Assembly: GCA_963765205.1 (NCBI GenBank)
Contig: CAVXVB010000009.1
Coordinates: 1,408,001 to 1,472,000 of the forward strand
Direction of reading: 5' to 3'
Length of the DNA stretch: 64,000 nucleotides
Source: an uncultured Verrucomicrobiae bacterium
GTDB lineage: Bacteria; Verrucomicrobiota; Verrucomicrobiia; Opitutales; JABDGR01
Shown here: piece after piece, positions 11,293 through 21,089 of the stretch
Layout: each line of letters opens with the position of its first letter
Numbering within the stretch: position 1 is the first letter of the stretch
The notes under the pieces: generated by a model
The model's database searches: none
Seen by the model: the letters and a program-made list of their open reading frames with translations, nothing else
What the model was told of the DNA's origin: nothing
Program-made: the position numbers and the translations under genes

Positions 11293-12657
11293 TCAGGCCG
11301 CGTGGCTGGCGGGGGTTTCGCCGGATTCGTCGGTGGCGTCGTCGGTGAGGGCGGCGGGGGCGAGGGGGTCGGCTTCGAGGGGGTCGCGGCGGAGGCGGAG
11401 GTGGGGCTTGGCTTTGCCTTCGATAACAGCGGCGGTGATGGTGACTTCCTCGATGTTGGTTTGGTCCGGGAGCTGGAACATGAGCTCGAGCATGAGGTGT
11501 TCCATGATGGAGCGGAGGGCGCGGGCGCCGGTCTTAAGTTCGAGGGCTTTGGCGGCGATGGCGGTGATGGCGTCGCGGGTGAACTTGAGGTTGACGCCTT
11601 CCATGGCGAAGAGTTTGGCGTATTGCTTGACGAGGGCGTTCTTGGTGTCGAGGAGGATGCGTTCGAGTTCGGGCTGGGTGAGGGGGTCGAGGACGGAGAT
11701 GACGGGGAGGCGGCCGATGAACTCGGGGATCATGCCGAAGCGGATGAGGTCCTCGGGTTGGACGGATTGCATCATTTCGTCGGCGGAGAGGGCGTGGGAC
11801 TGGTCGGGGGCCATGGTGAAGCCGAGGACTTTGGTGCCGAGGCGGGCCTGGATGATTTTGTCGAGGCCGATGAAGGCGCCGCCGCAGATGAAGAGGATGT
11901 TGGTGGTGTCGACCTGGATGTATTCCTGATTGGGATGCTTGCGGCCGCCCTGGGGGGGGACGTTGCAGGTGGTGCCTTCGAGAATTTTGAGGAGGGCTTG
12001 CTGGACGCCTTCGCCGGAGACGTCGCGGGTGATGGAGACGTTTTCGGTTTTGCGGCCGATTTTGTCAATTTCGTCCACGTAGATGATGCCGCACTCGGTT
12101 TTCTTGACGTCGTAGTTGGCGTTTTGGAGGAGGCGCAGGACGATGTTTTCGACGTCTTCGCCGACGTAGCCGGCTTCGGTGAGGGTGGTGGCGTCGGCCA
12201 TGGCGAAGGGGACGTCGAGAAGTTTGGCGAGGGTGCGGGCGAGGAGGGTCTTGCCGCTGCCGGTGGGGCCGGCGAGGAGGATGTTGCTTTTCTCGATTTC
12301 GACTTCGTTGAACTCGGCGTTGAGGCCGCGGGCTTCGGCGGCGGCGGGGTTGCTGCCCTGGCCGGTGAGGCGCTTGAAGTGGTTGTAAACGGCGACGGAG
12401 AGGACTTTCTTGGCTTGTTCCTGGCCGATGACGTAGGCGTCGAGGGTTTTTTTGATGTCGGCGGGCTTGATGAGCTTGAAATTGGTGCGGGCCTCGGGAA
12501 CGGGGCCGGCGCGGAGTTCGCGGTCAATGATGGTTTTGCAGACGGTGACGCAGGCGTCGCAGATGAAGACGCCGGCGGGGCCCGCGATCATTTTGCGGAC
12601 TTCGTTGTGGGACTTTCCGCAGAAGGAGCAGAAAGTCATTTTGGTGGACTTGGCCAT
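11293..12657 (-). CDS. clpX: ATP-dependent Clp protease ATP-binding subunit ClpX
   Basis: N-terminal CSFC...CDAC zinc finger, GPTGSGKT Walker [29 protein letters not shown] loop. Confidence 0.98.
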   Translation of the reverse strand: MAKSTKMTFCSFCGKSHNEVRKMIAGPAGVFICDACVTVCKTIIDRELRAGPVPEARTNFKLIKPADIKKTLDAYVIGQEQAKKVLSVAVYNHFKRLTGQGSNPAAAEARGLNAEFNEVEIEKSNILLAGPTGSGKTLLARTLAKLLDVPFAMADATTLTEAGYVGEDVENIVLRLLQNANYDVKKTECGIIYVDEIDKIGRKTENVSITRDVSGEGVQQALLKILEGTTCNVPPQGGRKHPNQEYIQVDTTNILFICGGAFIGLDKIIQARLGTKVLGFTMAPDQSHALSADEMMQSVQPEDLIRFGMIPEFIGRLPVISVLDPLTQPELERILLDTKNALVKQYAKLFAMEGVNLKFTRDAITAIAAKALELKTGARALRSIMEHLMLELMFQLPDQTNIEEVTITAAVIEGKAKPHLRLRRDPLEADPLAPAALTDDATDESGETPASHAA

Positions 12658-12845
12658 GGGAACGGTCGGCCATTAGACCACAAAGGGCGGGCGCAAAGCA
12701 AACGAAAACGGGCATGGGGAGGGGCGGGATTTTTGACGGGGATTTTACGGAGGGGGCGGAATGTGGAGTGTGGAGTTCAGATTTCTGATTTCTGAATTCT
12801 GAATTCTGAATCCAACACGTCGAATTCAGCACGTCGAGTTTTCGA

Positions 12846-13040
12846 CTACTTGCACTCGAGTTTGACGACGGGGTGTTTGACGACGGGGGCGGCGCGCAGT
12901 TCGCGGTCCAGGATGATTTGGCCGGCGATGACGCAGACGTTGCAAATGTAAACGCCGTTAGGGCCCGCGATCATCTTGCGGACTTCGCGATGAGACTTTC
13001 CGCAGAAGGAGCAGACATACTGCCTGGTGAGCTTGGCCAT
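12846..13040 (-). CDS. Stand-alone ClpX C4 zinc-binding-domain mini-protein (64 aa) with a ClpP-derived C-terminus
   Basis: [36 protein letters not shown]...DRELRA parallels the ClpX N-terminus; tail HPVVKLECK* parallels Clp[10 protein letters not shown] at DNA level. Confidence 0.75.
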   Translation of the reverse strand: MAKLTRQYVCSFCGKSHREVRKMIAGPNGVYICNVCVIAGQIILDRELRAAPVVKHPVVKLECK

Positions 13041-13192
13041 GGGCGGAGAAGGCATGGGCCATGACCGGCGGGGCGAGACGGGGGTTTTACCGGCACGCGG
13101 GCCGCGAAAGCAAAATTTGGAATGCGGAATTTGAATTTCAGATTTCAGATTTCAAAACTTAGCATTCAGGATTCAGCACTCAGCATTCTCCA

Positions 13193-13786
13193 CTACTTGC
13201 GCTCGGGTTTGACGACGACGTGGTCCACGAGGCCGTAGGCTTGGGCTTCCTGGGCGGTCATGTAGAAGTCGCGGTCGGAGTCTTTTTCGATTTGCTCGAC
13301 GGTTTTGCCGGAGTGGCGGGCTAGGGTTTCGTTGATGACGCGGCGCCAGCGGAGGATTTCCTTGGCGGCGATGGAGATGTCGGAGGTTTGGCCGGTGGCG
13401 CCGCCGGTGGGCTGGTGGAGCATGACGCGGCTGTTGGGGAGGGCGAAGCGCTTGCCTTTGGCGCCGGCGGCGAGCAGGACGGTGGCCATGCTGGCGGCCA
13501 TGCCGACGCAGTAGGTGACGACGTCGCAGGAGAGGAAATTGATGGTGTCGTAGATGGCCATGCCGCCGGTGACGCTGCCGCCGGGGGAGTTGATGTAGAT
13601 GTGGATGTCCTTCTTGCCGTCGCTCATTTGGAGGAAGAGCATCTGGGCGATGATGTCGTTGGCGACTTCGTCGTAGATGGGGGTGCCGATGAAGATGATG
13701 CGGTCTTTGAGCAGGCGGGAATAGATGTCCCAACTGCTGACTTCGCGGCCGTCGCGTTCGACAACTTTGGGGAGGACGTAGGTCAC
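13193..13786 (-). CDS. clpP: ATP-dependent Clp protease proteolytic subunit
   Basis: [29 protein letters not shown] (Ser), VMLHQP (His), SDRDFYM (Asp); GTG start at 13786. Confidence 0.97.
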   Translation of the reverse strand: MTYVLPKVVERDGREVSSWDIYSRLLKDRIIFIGTPIYDEVANDIIAQMLFLQMSDGKKDIHIYINSPGGSVTGGMAIYDTINFLSCDVVTYCVGMAASMATVLLAAGAKGKRFALPNSRVMLHQPTGGATGQTSDISIAAKEILRWRRVINETLARHSGKTVEQIEKDSDRDFYMTAQEAQAYGLVDHVVVKPERK

Positions 13787-13901
13787 GGGAAGAGAAGAAA
13801 AGGATGAAGGATGAGGGATGAAGGATGAAATCGAAGAAGGCGGTCGAGTTTTCAGTTTCAACACTTCAGGGAAAGAAAGGAGGCGCCATTCGGGGCGCGC
13901 G

Positions 13902-15218
13902 TCACGCGGCGGGCGCGGGAGTGACCTTAGCCTGCTGGACGACGAAATCAAGCGCCTTCGCGTGCAGGATGGCGCGTTGGAGTTGGGCGAGGAGGGTGCG
14001 GTCTTCCTGGAGGCGCTTGACGATTTGCTCGGGGCGCTGGCGGGTCATGACGGATTCCTGCATGATGCGGCGGTTGAGGTCGTCGTTGTCCACTTTGATT
14101 TCCTCTTTTTCGGCGATTTCGAGGAGGATCATCATCAATTTGACGCGGCCGGCGGCGGCGTGGCGGGCGTTGGTAAAGAGTTCGTCCTTGCGCTTTTCAA
14201 ATTCCTCCTCGGCGACGCCGGCGCGCAGGGAGCGTTCCATGTAATCGCGGAGGAGATTTTGGGTTTCGCTTTCGAGGGCGCTTTCGGGGAGGGGGAAGTC
14301 CACCGCAGCGGTGAGGGCCTTAATGATTTGCTCGCGGCTGGCGCCGAGGGCTTCCTGCTCCTTGCGGGAGAGCAGGTCGTCACGCGCGCGTTGGCGCAAC
14401 TGGTCGGCGGTTTCGCACTGGAGGGATTTGAGGAAGGCGGCGTCGAGGGGGGCGGGTTGTTTCTCGCGGACTTCGAGGATTTCGAGGGCGTAGGTGGCGG
14501 TCTGGCCGGCGAGGGCGGGCACGTCAAAGTCGGCGGGGAAGGCGTGGGTGACGTCCTTTTTGTCGCCGACCTGGAGGCCGACGATGCCGTCAATCACGGC
14601 GCGGACGCCGGGGGTAGTGGTCGAGGCGGCTTCTTCCCAGGTGCCGTGCTGGGTGCCGTAGATGGCATGATTGGGCGCGATTTCGGCGATGGGTTGGCCG
14701 GCGAGCGTGCCGGTGTAATTGAGGCGGACGAAATCGCCAGCGGCGGCGGGGCGCTGGACGACGACGTAATCGGCGCGCTGCTGGCGCAGCTCGGTGATGG
14801 CAGCCTCAACGTCGGCATCGGTAACGACGCTGGGCGGGACGGTGATGGGCAGGGCCTTGTATTCAGGCAGGGCGAATTCCGGCTGCACGTCCACGGTGAT
14901 TTTCACTTCCGCGGGCTGGCCGGCGGTGACGGTGCCGCCATCCACGCCGACGGCGGCGAAGACGTTGAGCTTGGATTCCTGGACGGCGTGCTCGTAGGCC
15001 TTGGTGGCGACTTTGCGCTGGAGTTCCTCGCCGATTTCGCGGGCGTAGCGGCGGCGGACGAGGTCGGCGGGGGCCTTGCCGGGGCGGAAGCCGGGCAGGT
15101 TGACGGCCTTGGCGAATTCGCCCAGGATGGCCTTTTCCTCGACGGCAATTTCCTCGGCGGGGACGGAGACCACGAGCGTTTTGCGAGTGGGGGAGACTTC
15201 GGCGATGGTGACGTTCAC
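13902..15218 (-). CDS. tig: Trigger factor
   Basis: [10 protein letters not shown] ribosome-binding motif; canonical tig-clpP-clpX order; GTG start at 15218. Confidence 0.95.
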   Translation of the reverse strand: MNVTIAEVSPTRKTLVVSVPAEEIAVEEKAILGEFAKAVNLPGFRPGKAPADLVRRRYAREIGEELQRKVATKAYEHAVQESKLNVFAAVGVDGGTVTAGQPAEVKITVDVQPEFALPEYKALPITVPPSVVTDADVEAAITELRQQRADYVVVQRPAAAGDFVRLNYTGTLAGQPIAEIAPNHAIYGTQHGTWEEAASTTTPGVRAVIDGIVGLQVGDKKDVTHAFPADFDVPALAGQTATYALEILEVREKQPAPLDAAFLKSLQCETADQLRQRARDDLLSRKEQEALGASREQIIKALTAAVDFPLPESALESETQNLLRDYMERSLRAGVAEEEFEKRKDELFTNARHAAAGRVKLMMILLEIAEKEEIKVDNDDLNRRIMQESVMTRQRPEQIVKRLQEDRTLLAQLQRAILHAKALDFVVQQAKVTPAPAA

Positions 15219-15322
15219 GATGAAAAAAGGATTCGCGGCGCGGCGGTTCGCGCGCTGGGAAACTGTCCAAAGAACCAGCAAAGGGCGGCGGGGTCAACGC
15301 TGGAATTCAATGGGACCATCAC

Positions 15323-15585
15323 GGGGGCGCATCTCAGTTTTTGTGCAGTCACGGAGTGACGGCTCGAAATTAGCCGTGGACGTTAGTCCACGGAAATTGG
15401 CGGGCCATTGCTAGCGTCGCGTCGCGACGCTTGAAGGAGGCACCTCCGCGCAAGGGAGACCCCTCAAGCGTCGCTACGCGACGCACTGCGGATGACATTC
15501 CGTTTCCGTGGACTGAAGTCCACGGCTATGTTCGGAGCCTCGCTCCGCGAGGCAAAGTCACTGTCCAAAAATTGAGATGCCCCCC
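15323..15585. mobile_element. Non-autonomous palindromic element (MITE/PATE-like)
   Basis: Terminal IRs ggggcgcatctcagtttttg / caaaaattgagatgcccccc, atcac directly repeated on both flanks, internal inverted pair agccgtggacgttagtccacgg / ccgtggactgaagtccacggct. Confidence 0.7.
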
Positions 15586-15586
15586 A

Positions 15587-15778
15587 TCACAGGCGGTTCT
15601 CGGGCAAATTACTTTTGTTCTTAGCCCTGACTTGGCCGATTCGCCTCCCAGTCCCCTCCCAAGGACAATCTTCCAAGCCATCCGCCATGGTTTCCCAATC
15701 CGACCAATCCTCGCCACTCCAGGCCATTTCCTGCGCGGTTTCCTCCCATGTAAGTTTCTTCATCTCCTTATCTTTCAT
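15587..15778 (-). pseudogene. Possible remnant of an AbrB/MazE-type antitoxin C-terminus
   Basis: KLTWEETAQEMAWSGEDWSDWETMADGLEDCPW resembles acidic Trp-rich tails recalled for such antitoxins; no DNA-binding N-terminus or toxin nearby. Confidence 0.35.
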
Positions 15779-15981
15779 GGCTTAGCCTGAACAAGTTCAG
15801 GAAGGGAAAACAAACAAAAACCCGCCAATCCGGCACGATTCCGGCTTCATGGCAGGCTTAAAGCAACCCGTGCTTGCTTCAGATTTCAAAAGCTAGAAGC
15901 TAGAAGTCTGAAATCGGAAATCTGAGATTTGAGGTTTGAAGTCCGACTTCTTAATTCATCATTCTTAATTCCCCCACCCCC

Positions 15982-16968
15982 ATGCTATCCCGCGTTGCCG
16001 ACAGTCTTTACTGGCTCAGCCGTTATATCGAGCGGGCGGAGAACCTCGCGCGCCTGCTGGATGTCAATTTGCAGTTGCTGCTGGATTTTTCGAATTTGGA
16101 CGACGAGAAAATCAAGGATCACTGGCTGCCCATCCTGCGGGCGTTGTGCGACGAGGAGGCGTTTGCGAAGCACTACGACAAGGCCGACAGCCTGGCGGTG
16201 ACCGACTTTGTGACGTTCAGCCGCAACAACCCGAGTTCGATTCTCTCGTGCGTGTTTGCGGCGCGGGAGAACGCGCGCATGGTGCGCGACCAGATTTCCG
16301 CCGAGATGTGGGAGTCCATGAACGAGTTGTATCTGTTTGTGAAATCCACCAATGCGAAAAAGGTCTGGCGGAGCGGGGTGCATGATTTTTTCCGTGAATT
16401 GAAAAGCCGGATGCACGCCTTCCAGGGGCTGACGCACGCGACCTACCCGCGCGAGGAGGGCTATGATTTTCTGCAAGTGGGGCGCTACCTGGAACGCGCC
16501 GACAAGACCACGCGCATCATTGACCTCAAATATCACATTTTATTGCCGCTGGCGAGCGACGTGGGCGGGTCGCTGGACTCGGCGCAGTGGATGGCGATCC
16601 TGCGCTCGTGCAGCGCGCTGCAGGCCTACCACCGGCTCTACCTGGCCAGCCCGACGCCGTGGAAGGTGGTCGAGTTCCTCATCCTGTCGGAGGATTTCCC
16701 GCGGTCGCTGCGCTTTTGCCTGAAGGAATTGAACCAATACCTCCACCAAATTTCCGGGACGCCGGCCGGCGAGGCGACCAATGACGCCGAGCGCATCTGC
16801 GGGGAGATGCTGACGCGGCTGAGCCATGGCACAACCGAGGATATTTTTGACGAGGGGCTGCACGAATACCTCGACCGCACGCAGATTTTGTTGAACGAGA
16901 TCGGCCAGGCGCTCTACCACAGCTATATGTATGTGCCGGCGCCGGAGCAGCCAGCCTCGGCCGCCTGA
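15982..16968 (+). CDS. Alpha-E domain protein (DUF403)
   Basis: MLSRVADSLYWLSRYIERAENLAR and GRYLERADKTTR duplicated ER motifs. Confidence 0.92.
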   Translation: MLSRVADSLYWLSRYIERAENLARLLDVNLQLLLDFSNLDDEKIKDHWLPILRALCDEEAFAKHYDKADSLAVTDFVTFSRNNPSSILSCVFAARENARMVRDQISAEMWESMNELYLFVKSTNAKKVWRSGVHDFFRELKSRMHAFQGLTHATYPREEGYDFLQVGRYLERADKTTRIIDLKYHILLPLASDVGGSLDSAQWMAILRSCSALQAYHRLYLASPTPWKVVEFLILSEDFPRSLRFCLKELNQYLHQISGTPAGEATNDAERICGEMLTRLSHGTTEDIFDEGLHEYLDRTQILLNEIGQALYHSYMYVPAPEQPASAA

Positions 16969-17061
16969 AGTGCCCTGTTTAGGCCTGCCATAAGGGAAAC
17001 GCAAAATGAATGTAAAAAAGGCTTTGCAACCGTGCCGGGAGTGTTCTAGGGTGTCTCCCGT

Positions 17062-17331
17062 ATGACGCTAAAGAAGCTTACCCCTCTCTTCACCGCCGCA
17101 GGTTTGGCGCTGGCCGTGGCTGGCGCCGGCTGCTCCACGACCTCCGGCGATCCGCAAGCCGCCAACCAGGACCGCAATTTCCTGGGTCTGGTCAGAATCG
17201 AGCCGAATTCCTTCCAGGATACGACGCCCAACACGTTGGAGTTGCACGTCAATGACGTGATCAACAAACCCGACATGAGCGGGACGCGCGTTACGCTGCT
17301 AGCCGGTTTGATCACAATTGAGGATTATTGA
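17062..17331 (+). CDS. Small putative lipoprotein
   Basis: Basic N-terminus, hydrophobic core, GAG-C lipobox-like site; terminator follows. Confidence 0.7.
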   Translation: MTLKKLTPLFTAAGLALAVAGAGCSTTSGDPQAANQDRNFLGLVRIEPNSFQDTTPNTLELHVNDVINKPDMSGTRVTLLAGLITIEDY

Positions 17332-17370
17332 GCCGCCGGCGGGAACGCCGGTCGCCGGGTGAATTTCCCC

Positions 17371-17408
17371 AGCTCCGTTTCCCCCGCCGGGAGACGGGGC
17401 TTTTTGTT
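17371..17408 (+). terminator. Intrinsic terminator
   Basis: agctccgtttccc / gggagacggggct stem followed by a T-run. Confidence 0.7.
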
Positions 17409-17479
17409 GGGCGTTAACTTGGATGAGATCGGCCAAGGCCGGCTCACTCGGACAGCCTCGGTTTAGGCGGACGCAGGGA

Positions 17480-17601
17480 ACGCTCAACTTTTAACGTTTT
17501 AACGCTTAAACAAGAAAATTCCAGCCGCGGGATGACGGGGCGAGAATCTTGATTGTCTCTGCACTTAAGCGTTGAGCGCTGCGTGTTAAAAGTTGAGCGT
17601 T
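17480..17601. repeat. Inverted pair of degenerate heptamer arrays (aacgctc/aactttt family)
   Basis: aacgctcaactttttaacgttttaacgcttaa ... ttaagcgttgagcgctgcgtgttaaaagttgagcgtt; same family at 28971-29092. Confidence 0.7.
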
Positions 17602-17644
17602 GGAGCAGCTTCAGTTTCAGCCCTCATCCTTCATCCTTTCCCGG

Positions 17645-19297
17645 ATGTCATTCGCCAACGTCGCCCGATTTCTGCCCGAGCAGGCCCGCACCCAGCCCGG
17701 CGCGTGCGCTGTGCGTGCGCCAATGGGGAACGACCCGGTGCGGCCCGGTCAGATTGCCTATGTTGAGCGGTCGTTCGCGCAACTCGACGCTGAGGCCGAC
17801 GCAGCGGCGCGGCTTTTCCAGGCGCGGGGCATCGAGCGGGGGACGCGCGTGCTGCTGCTCGTACGCCCGGGCCTGGATCTGCTGCGGTGCGTGTTCGCGT
17901 TGTTCAAGCTCGGCGCGGCGCCCGTCCTGATTGATCCGGGCATGGGGAGAAAAAATTTCCTGGCGTGCGTGCGCCAAAGTGAACCGGCGGCCCTGGTGGC
18001 GATTGCGCGGGCGCACTGGCTCGCCCTGCTTTTTCCCGGCGCGCTGGCCACGGCGAAAATCCGGGTGCACGTCGGCGGCGCGGCCTGGGAACGGGAGTTG
18101 GCCGCGCACGCGAGCACGACGCCCTTGGCGCCGGCACCAACCCAGGCGGACGAACTCGCCGCCATCCTGTTCACCTCGGGTTCGACGGGCGCGCCCAAAG
18201 GCGTGTGTTATGAACACGCGTTTTTTGAGGCGCAGGTGCGGCTCATCCGCGACCGTTACCGCATCGAGCCAGGCGAGATTGACCTGCCGATGCTGCCAAT
18301 CTTTGCGCTGTTCAATCCGGCGATGGGCATGATGACCGTGGTGCCGGAAATCAACCCCGCGCGGCCGGCCGCGTGCAATCCGGCCCGGCTGGTGCAAGCC
18401 ATCCGCCAGAACGAAGTGACGAATTCCTTTGGGTCGCCGGCCTTGTGGGCGATCATCGCGCGGTATTGCGAGCATACCGGGCAAACGCTGCCCAGCCTGC
18501 GCCGTGTGTTGGCGGCGGGCGCGCCGGTCCACCCCACCCTGCTGCGACGTTTGAAAAAAATTCTGCCCAATGGGACGGTGCACATCCCCTATGGCGCGAC
18601 TGAAGCGCTGCCGGTTTCCAGCATTTCGCTGACGGAGGTTTTGGAGGAAACTTGGGAGCGAACCGAGCAAGGCCGCGGATCGTGCGTCGGCACGTTGTTT
18701 CCTGGCGTGGCGGCGCGTATTTTGCCATTACGCAACGGCCCGATTGCCCGCCTGGTTGATGCACCGGAATTGCCGGCAGGGGAAATCGGCGAAATTGCGG
18801 TGCGCGGCCCCATGGTGACGCGCACCTACGACAAATTGCCCGACGCCACGGCACGCGCCAAAATTCCCGCCGAGGAGACCACCGACGCGGCGGCCGTCTG
18901 GCATCGCATGGGCGATTTGGGCTACCGCGATAGCGCGGGCCGGTTGTGGTTTTGCGGCCGGATGGCAGAAAGAGTGGAAACTGTGGAGGGCGTTTATTAC
19001 ACGGATTGTGTCGAGGCGGTGTTCAACCGGCATCCGCGCGTGGCGCGCACGGCCCTCATCGGACTGGGGGTGCGACCGCGGCAGGAGCCGGCCCTGGTGG
19101 TGGAGCCGCAGCCCGGAGCGTTCCCGCGCAACCGGGCCGCACGCGATAAAATGTCCGCGGAATTGCGCGCCCTGGCCGGCGCCGGCACGCCATCCATCGC
19201 CAAAATTTTCTTTCGCAAAACACTGCCGGTGGATGTGCGCCATAACGCAAAAATCCACCGGCTGGCGCTGGCGCGAGAATATTACATGGTCATTTAA
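17645..19297 (+). CDS. oleC: Olefin beta-lactone synthetase OleC-like AMP-dependent ligase
   Basis: FTSGSTGAPKGV, PYGATEALP, WHRMGDLG and the OleC-type C-terminal LPVDVRHNAKI; upstream of an OleD-like gene. Confidence 0.85.
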   Translation: MSFANVARFLPEQARTQPGACAVRAPMGNDPVRPGQIAYVERSFAQLDAEADAAARLFQARGIERGTRVLLLVRPGLDLLRCVFALFKLGAAPVLIDPGMGRKNFLACVRQSEPAALVAIARAHWLALLFPGALATAKIRVHVGGAAWERELAAHASTTPLAPAPTQADELAAILFTSGSTGAPKGVCYEHAFFEAQVRLIRDRYRIEPGEIDLPMLPIFALFNPAMGMMTVVPEINPARPAACNPARLVQAIRQNEVTNSFGSPALWAIIARYCEHTGQTLPSLRRVLAAGAPVHPTLLRRLKKILPNGTVHIPYGATEALPVSSISLTEVLEETWERTEQGRGSCVGTLFPGVAARILPLRNGPIARLVDAPELPAGEIGEIAVRGPMVTRTYDKLPDATARAKIPAEETTDAAAVWHRMGDLGYRDSAGRLWFCGRMAERVETVEGVYYTDCVEAVFNRHPRVARTALIGLGVRPRQEPALVVEPQPGAFPRNRAARDKMSAELRALAGAGTPSIAKIFFRKTLPVDVRHNAKIHRLALAREYYMVI

Positions 19298-19316
19298 ATA
19301 CAACATAACCTAACTT

Positions 19317-20327
19317 ATGCGCGTGCTGGTCACCGGCGGCGGCGGGTTTCTTGGGCGGGAAGTGGTTAACCAACTCCTGGCCCGGGGCGAGCATGTGCGC
19401 AGTTTTGGGCGCACGCCGCAACCGGCGCTGGCGGCACGCGGAAGCGAAGTGCTGGAGGGAAATCTCGCGGACGCCGGGGCGGTGGCGCGGGCGGTCGCGG
19501 GTTGCGATGCGGTCATCCACACGGCGGCGAAGGCGGGCGTCTGGGGAACGTGGAAGGAATATTTCGAGCCGAACGTCGTCGGCACGCAAAACGTGCTGGC
19601 GGCAGCATACCGACACAACGTGAGGCGCCTGGTTTACACCAGCACCCCGAGTGTTGTCTTTAACGGCGAAGGCCACGCCGGCGTTGATGAATCGCAACCG
19701 TATGGCCGCGATTTTCCCTGCCATTATCCGCATACCAAGGCGCTGGCGGAACAGGCGGTGCTAGCCGCGCACGATGGGCAAAATCTTCGCGTGGTTGCGT
19801 TGCGGCCCCATTTGATTTGGGGCGCGGGCGACCCCCACCTGGTGCCGCGAATGCTAGCGCGCGCGGGCAAATTACGCATCATCGGCGACGGCACAAACCG
19901 CGTGGACCTCACCCATGTGCGCCACGCCGCCCAAGCCCATTTGCTTGCGCTCGACGCCTTGGCCGCGCCAGGGCATCCCGCCGGCGGCCACGCGTATTTT
20001 ATTTCCGATGGCGCACCGGTCGTGCTGTGGGATTGGATCAATACCCTGCTGCGCCGATTGGGGCGCCCGCCCGTCACGCGCCGGATTTCATTGCGGTCGG
20101 CCCGTTCGGTCGGAACCATCCTGGAAGTTCTTTGGCGCGCGCTGCCATTTTTGCCCGGGGAACCGCCCTTGACTCGTTTTGTAGCCACGGAATTGGCGAA
20201 AGACCACTGGTATTCCATCGCCGCCGCCCGCCGGGATTTTGGCTATGCTCCCACCATCAAACTTTCCGCCGAAATGGATGAACTGATTAGCAGTCTGGCG
20301 CAGCCTTTTTCAAGCAAAGGCCCATGA
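19317..20327 (+). CDS. oleD: OleD-like 2-alkyl-3-oxoalkanoate reductase (3-beta-HSD/SDR family)
   Basis: TGGGGFLG, HTAAKAGVWG, YTSTPSVVF, YPHTK, LRPHLIWG. Confidence 0.85.
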   Translation: MRVLVTGGGGFLGREVVNQLLARGEHVRSFGRTPQPALAARGSEVLEGNLADAGAVARAVAGCDAVIHTAAKAGVWGTWKEYFEPNVVGTQNVLAAAYRHNVRRLVYTSTPSVVFNGEGHAGVDESQPYGRDFPCHYPHTKALAEQAVLAAHDGQNLRVVALRPHLIWGAGDPHLVPRMLARAGKLRIIGDGTNRVDLTHVRHAAQAHLLALDALAAPGHPAGGHAYFISDGAPVVLWDWINTLLRRLGRPPVTRRISLRSARSVGTILEVLWRALPFLPGEPPLTRFVATELAKDHWYSIAAARRDFGYAPTIKLSAEMDELISSLAQPFSSKGP

Positions 20328-20382
20328 TATGGCAACCATGCCATATTTGCTGTTGACAAGTATGGCAGGCAAGCCATACCAT
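20327..20382 (+). promoter_or_regulatory. vapBC promoter with two palindromic operators
   Basis: TTGACA (20353-20358)-N18-TACCAT; TATGGC-N6-GCCATA occurs twice (20328-20345 and 20361-20378). Confidence 0.75.
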
Positions 20383-20391
20383 GGCGATGTT

Positions 20392-20649
20392 ATGAAAATG
20401 ACCATGCATATTGATGAAGAAGTTTTGGCCGAAGTGATGAAATCCACCGGGGCCAAAACCAAAACCGAAGCCGTCGGCACGGCGTTGAAGGAATTGGCCC
20501 GGAAGTCCAAGCTCAAAACCATCTTGAACGAGGGCTTGGGCTTGTCCGCGGCTGAATTGAAGAACCTCTTCGACCCGGCGTCCGTGGGCACGATGGCCCT
20601 TGCCGAAGACAAAGGCCCCTATCGCTATGAGCGCAAGAATACTCGTTGA
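20392..20649 (+). CDS. vapB: VapB-family antitoxin
   Basis: MKMTMHIDEEVLAEVMKSTGAKTKTEAV RHH-like signature; overlaps the PIN gene. Confidence 0.85.
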   Translation: MKMTMHIDEEVLAEVMKSTGAKTKTEAVGTALKELARKSKLKTILNEGLGLSAAELKNLFDPASVGTMALAEDKGPYRYERKNTR

Positions 20650-21019
20650 CAGCAACTTCTACATTGACCGTGCGCGGCAAGGGGAGTACCCCTTTGCGGA
20701 GCTAGCCCAATCGGACCCGGATTGGGAGATTATGACCTGCGGCATGGTGACGGTCGAAGTGCTGCGCGGGATAAAACATCCCCGCGCGCTGGAGCGCTTC
20801 GCGACGGCGTTTTCGGTGACGCTTTTCATCGCGAGCACCAGCCTGGTCTGGGAACGCGCCTGGCGGCTGGGCTGGGATATGGATCGCGCCGGCAAAGTCA
20901 TCCCTGGGCCAGACCTGGTCATCGCCGCCCATGCCTTGTCGGTGGGGGCAGCCGTTTTGACCGCCGACCATCATTTCCGCCAAATTCCTGGATTGGCGGT
21001 GCTGAATCGGCTGGGTTGA
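20627..21019 (+). CDS. vapC: PIN-domain toxin VapC
   Basis: ILVDSN, VEVLRG, PDLVIAAHA, LTADHHF acidic PIN motifs. Confidence 0.88.
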   Translation: MSARILVDSNFYIDRARQGEYPFAELAQSDPDWEIMTCGMVTVEVLRGIKHPRALERFATAFSVTLFIASTSLVWERAWRLGWDMDRAGKVIPGPDLVIAAHALSVGAAVLTADHHFRQIPGLAVLNRLG

Positions 21020-21089
21020 AACGTTGGGGCGCGGAAGGCCCAGTGGCGTCCGCTTGATTATTTCGGCGGGAATCGGGTTTGCTCGGCTC

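Noticed and set aside
15220..15320. tRNA gene often found upstream of tig
   Set aside because: No cloverleaf, T-loop GTTCRA or CCA end recognisable.
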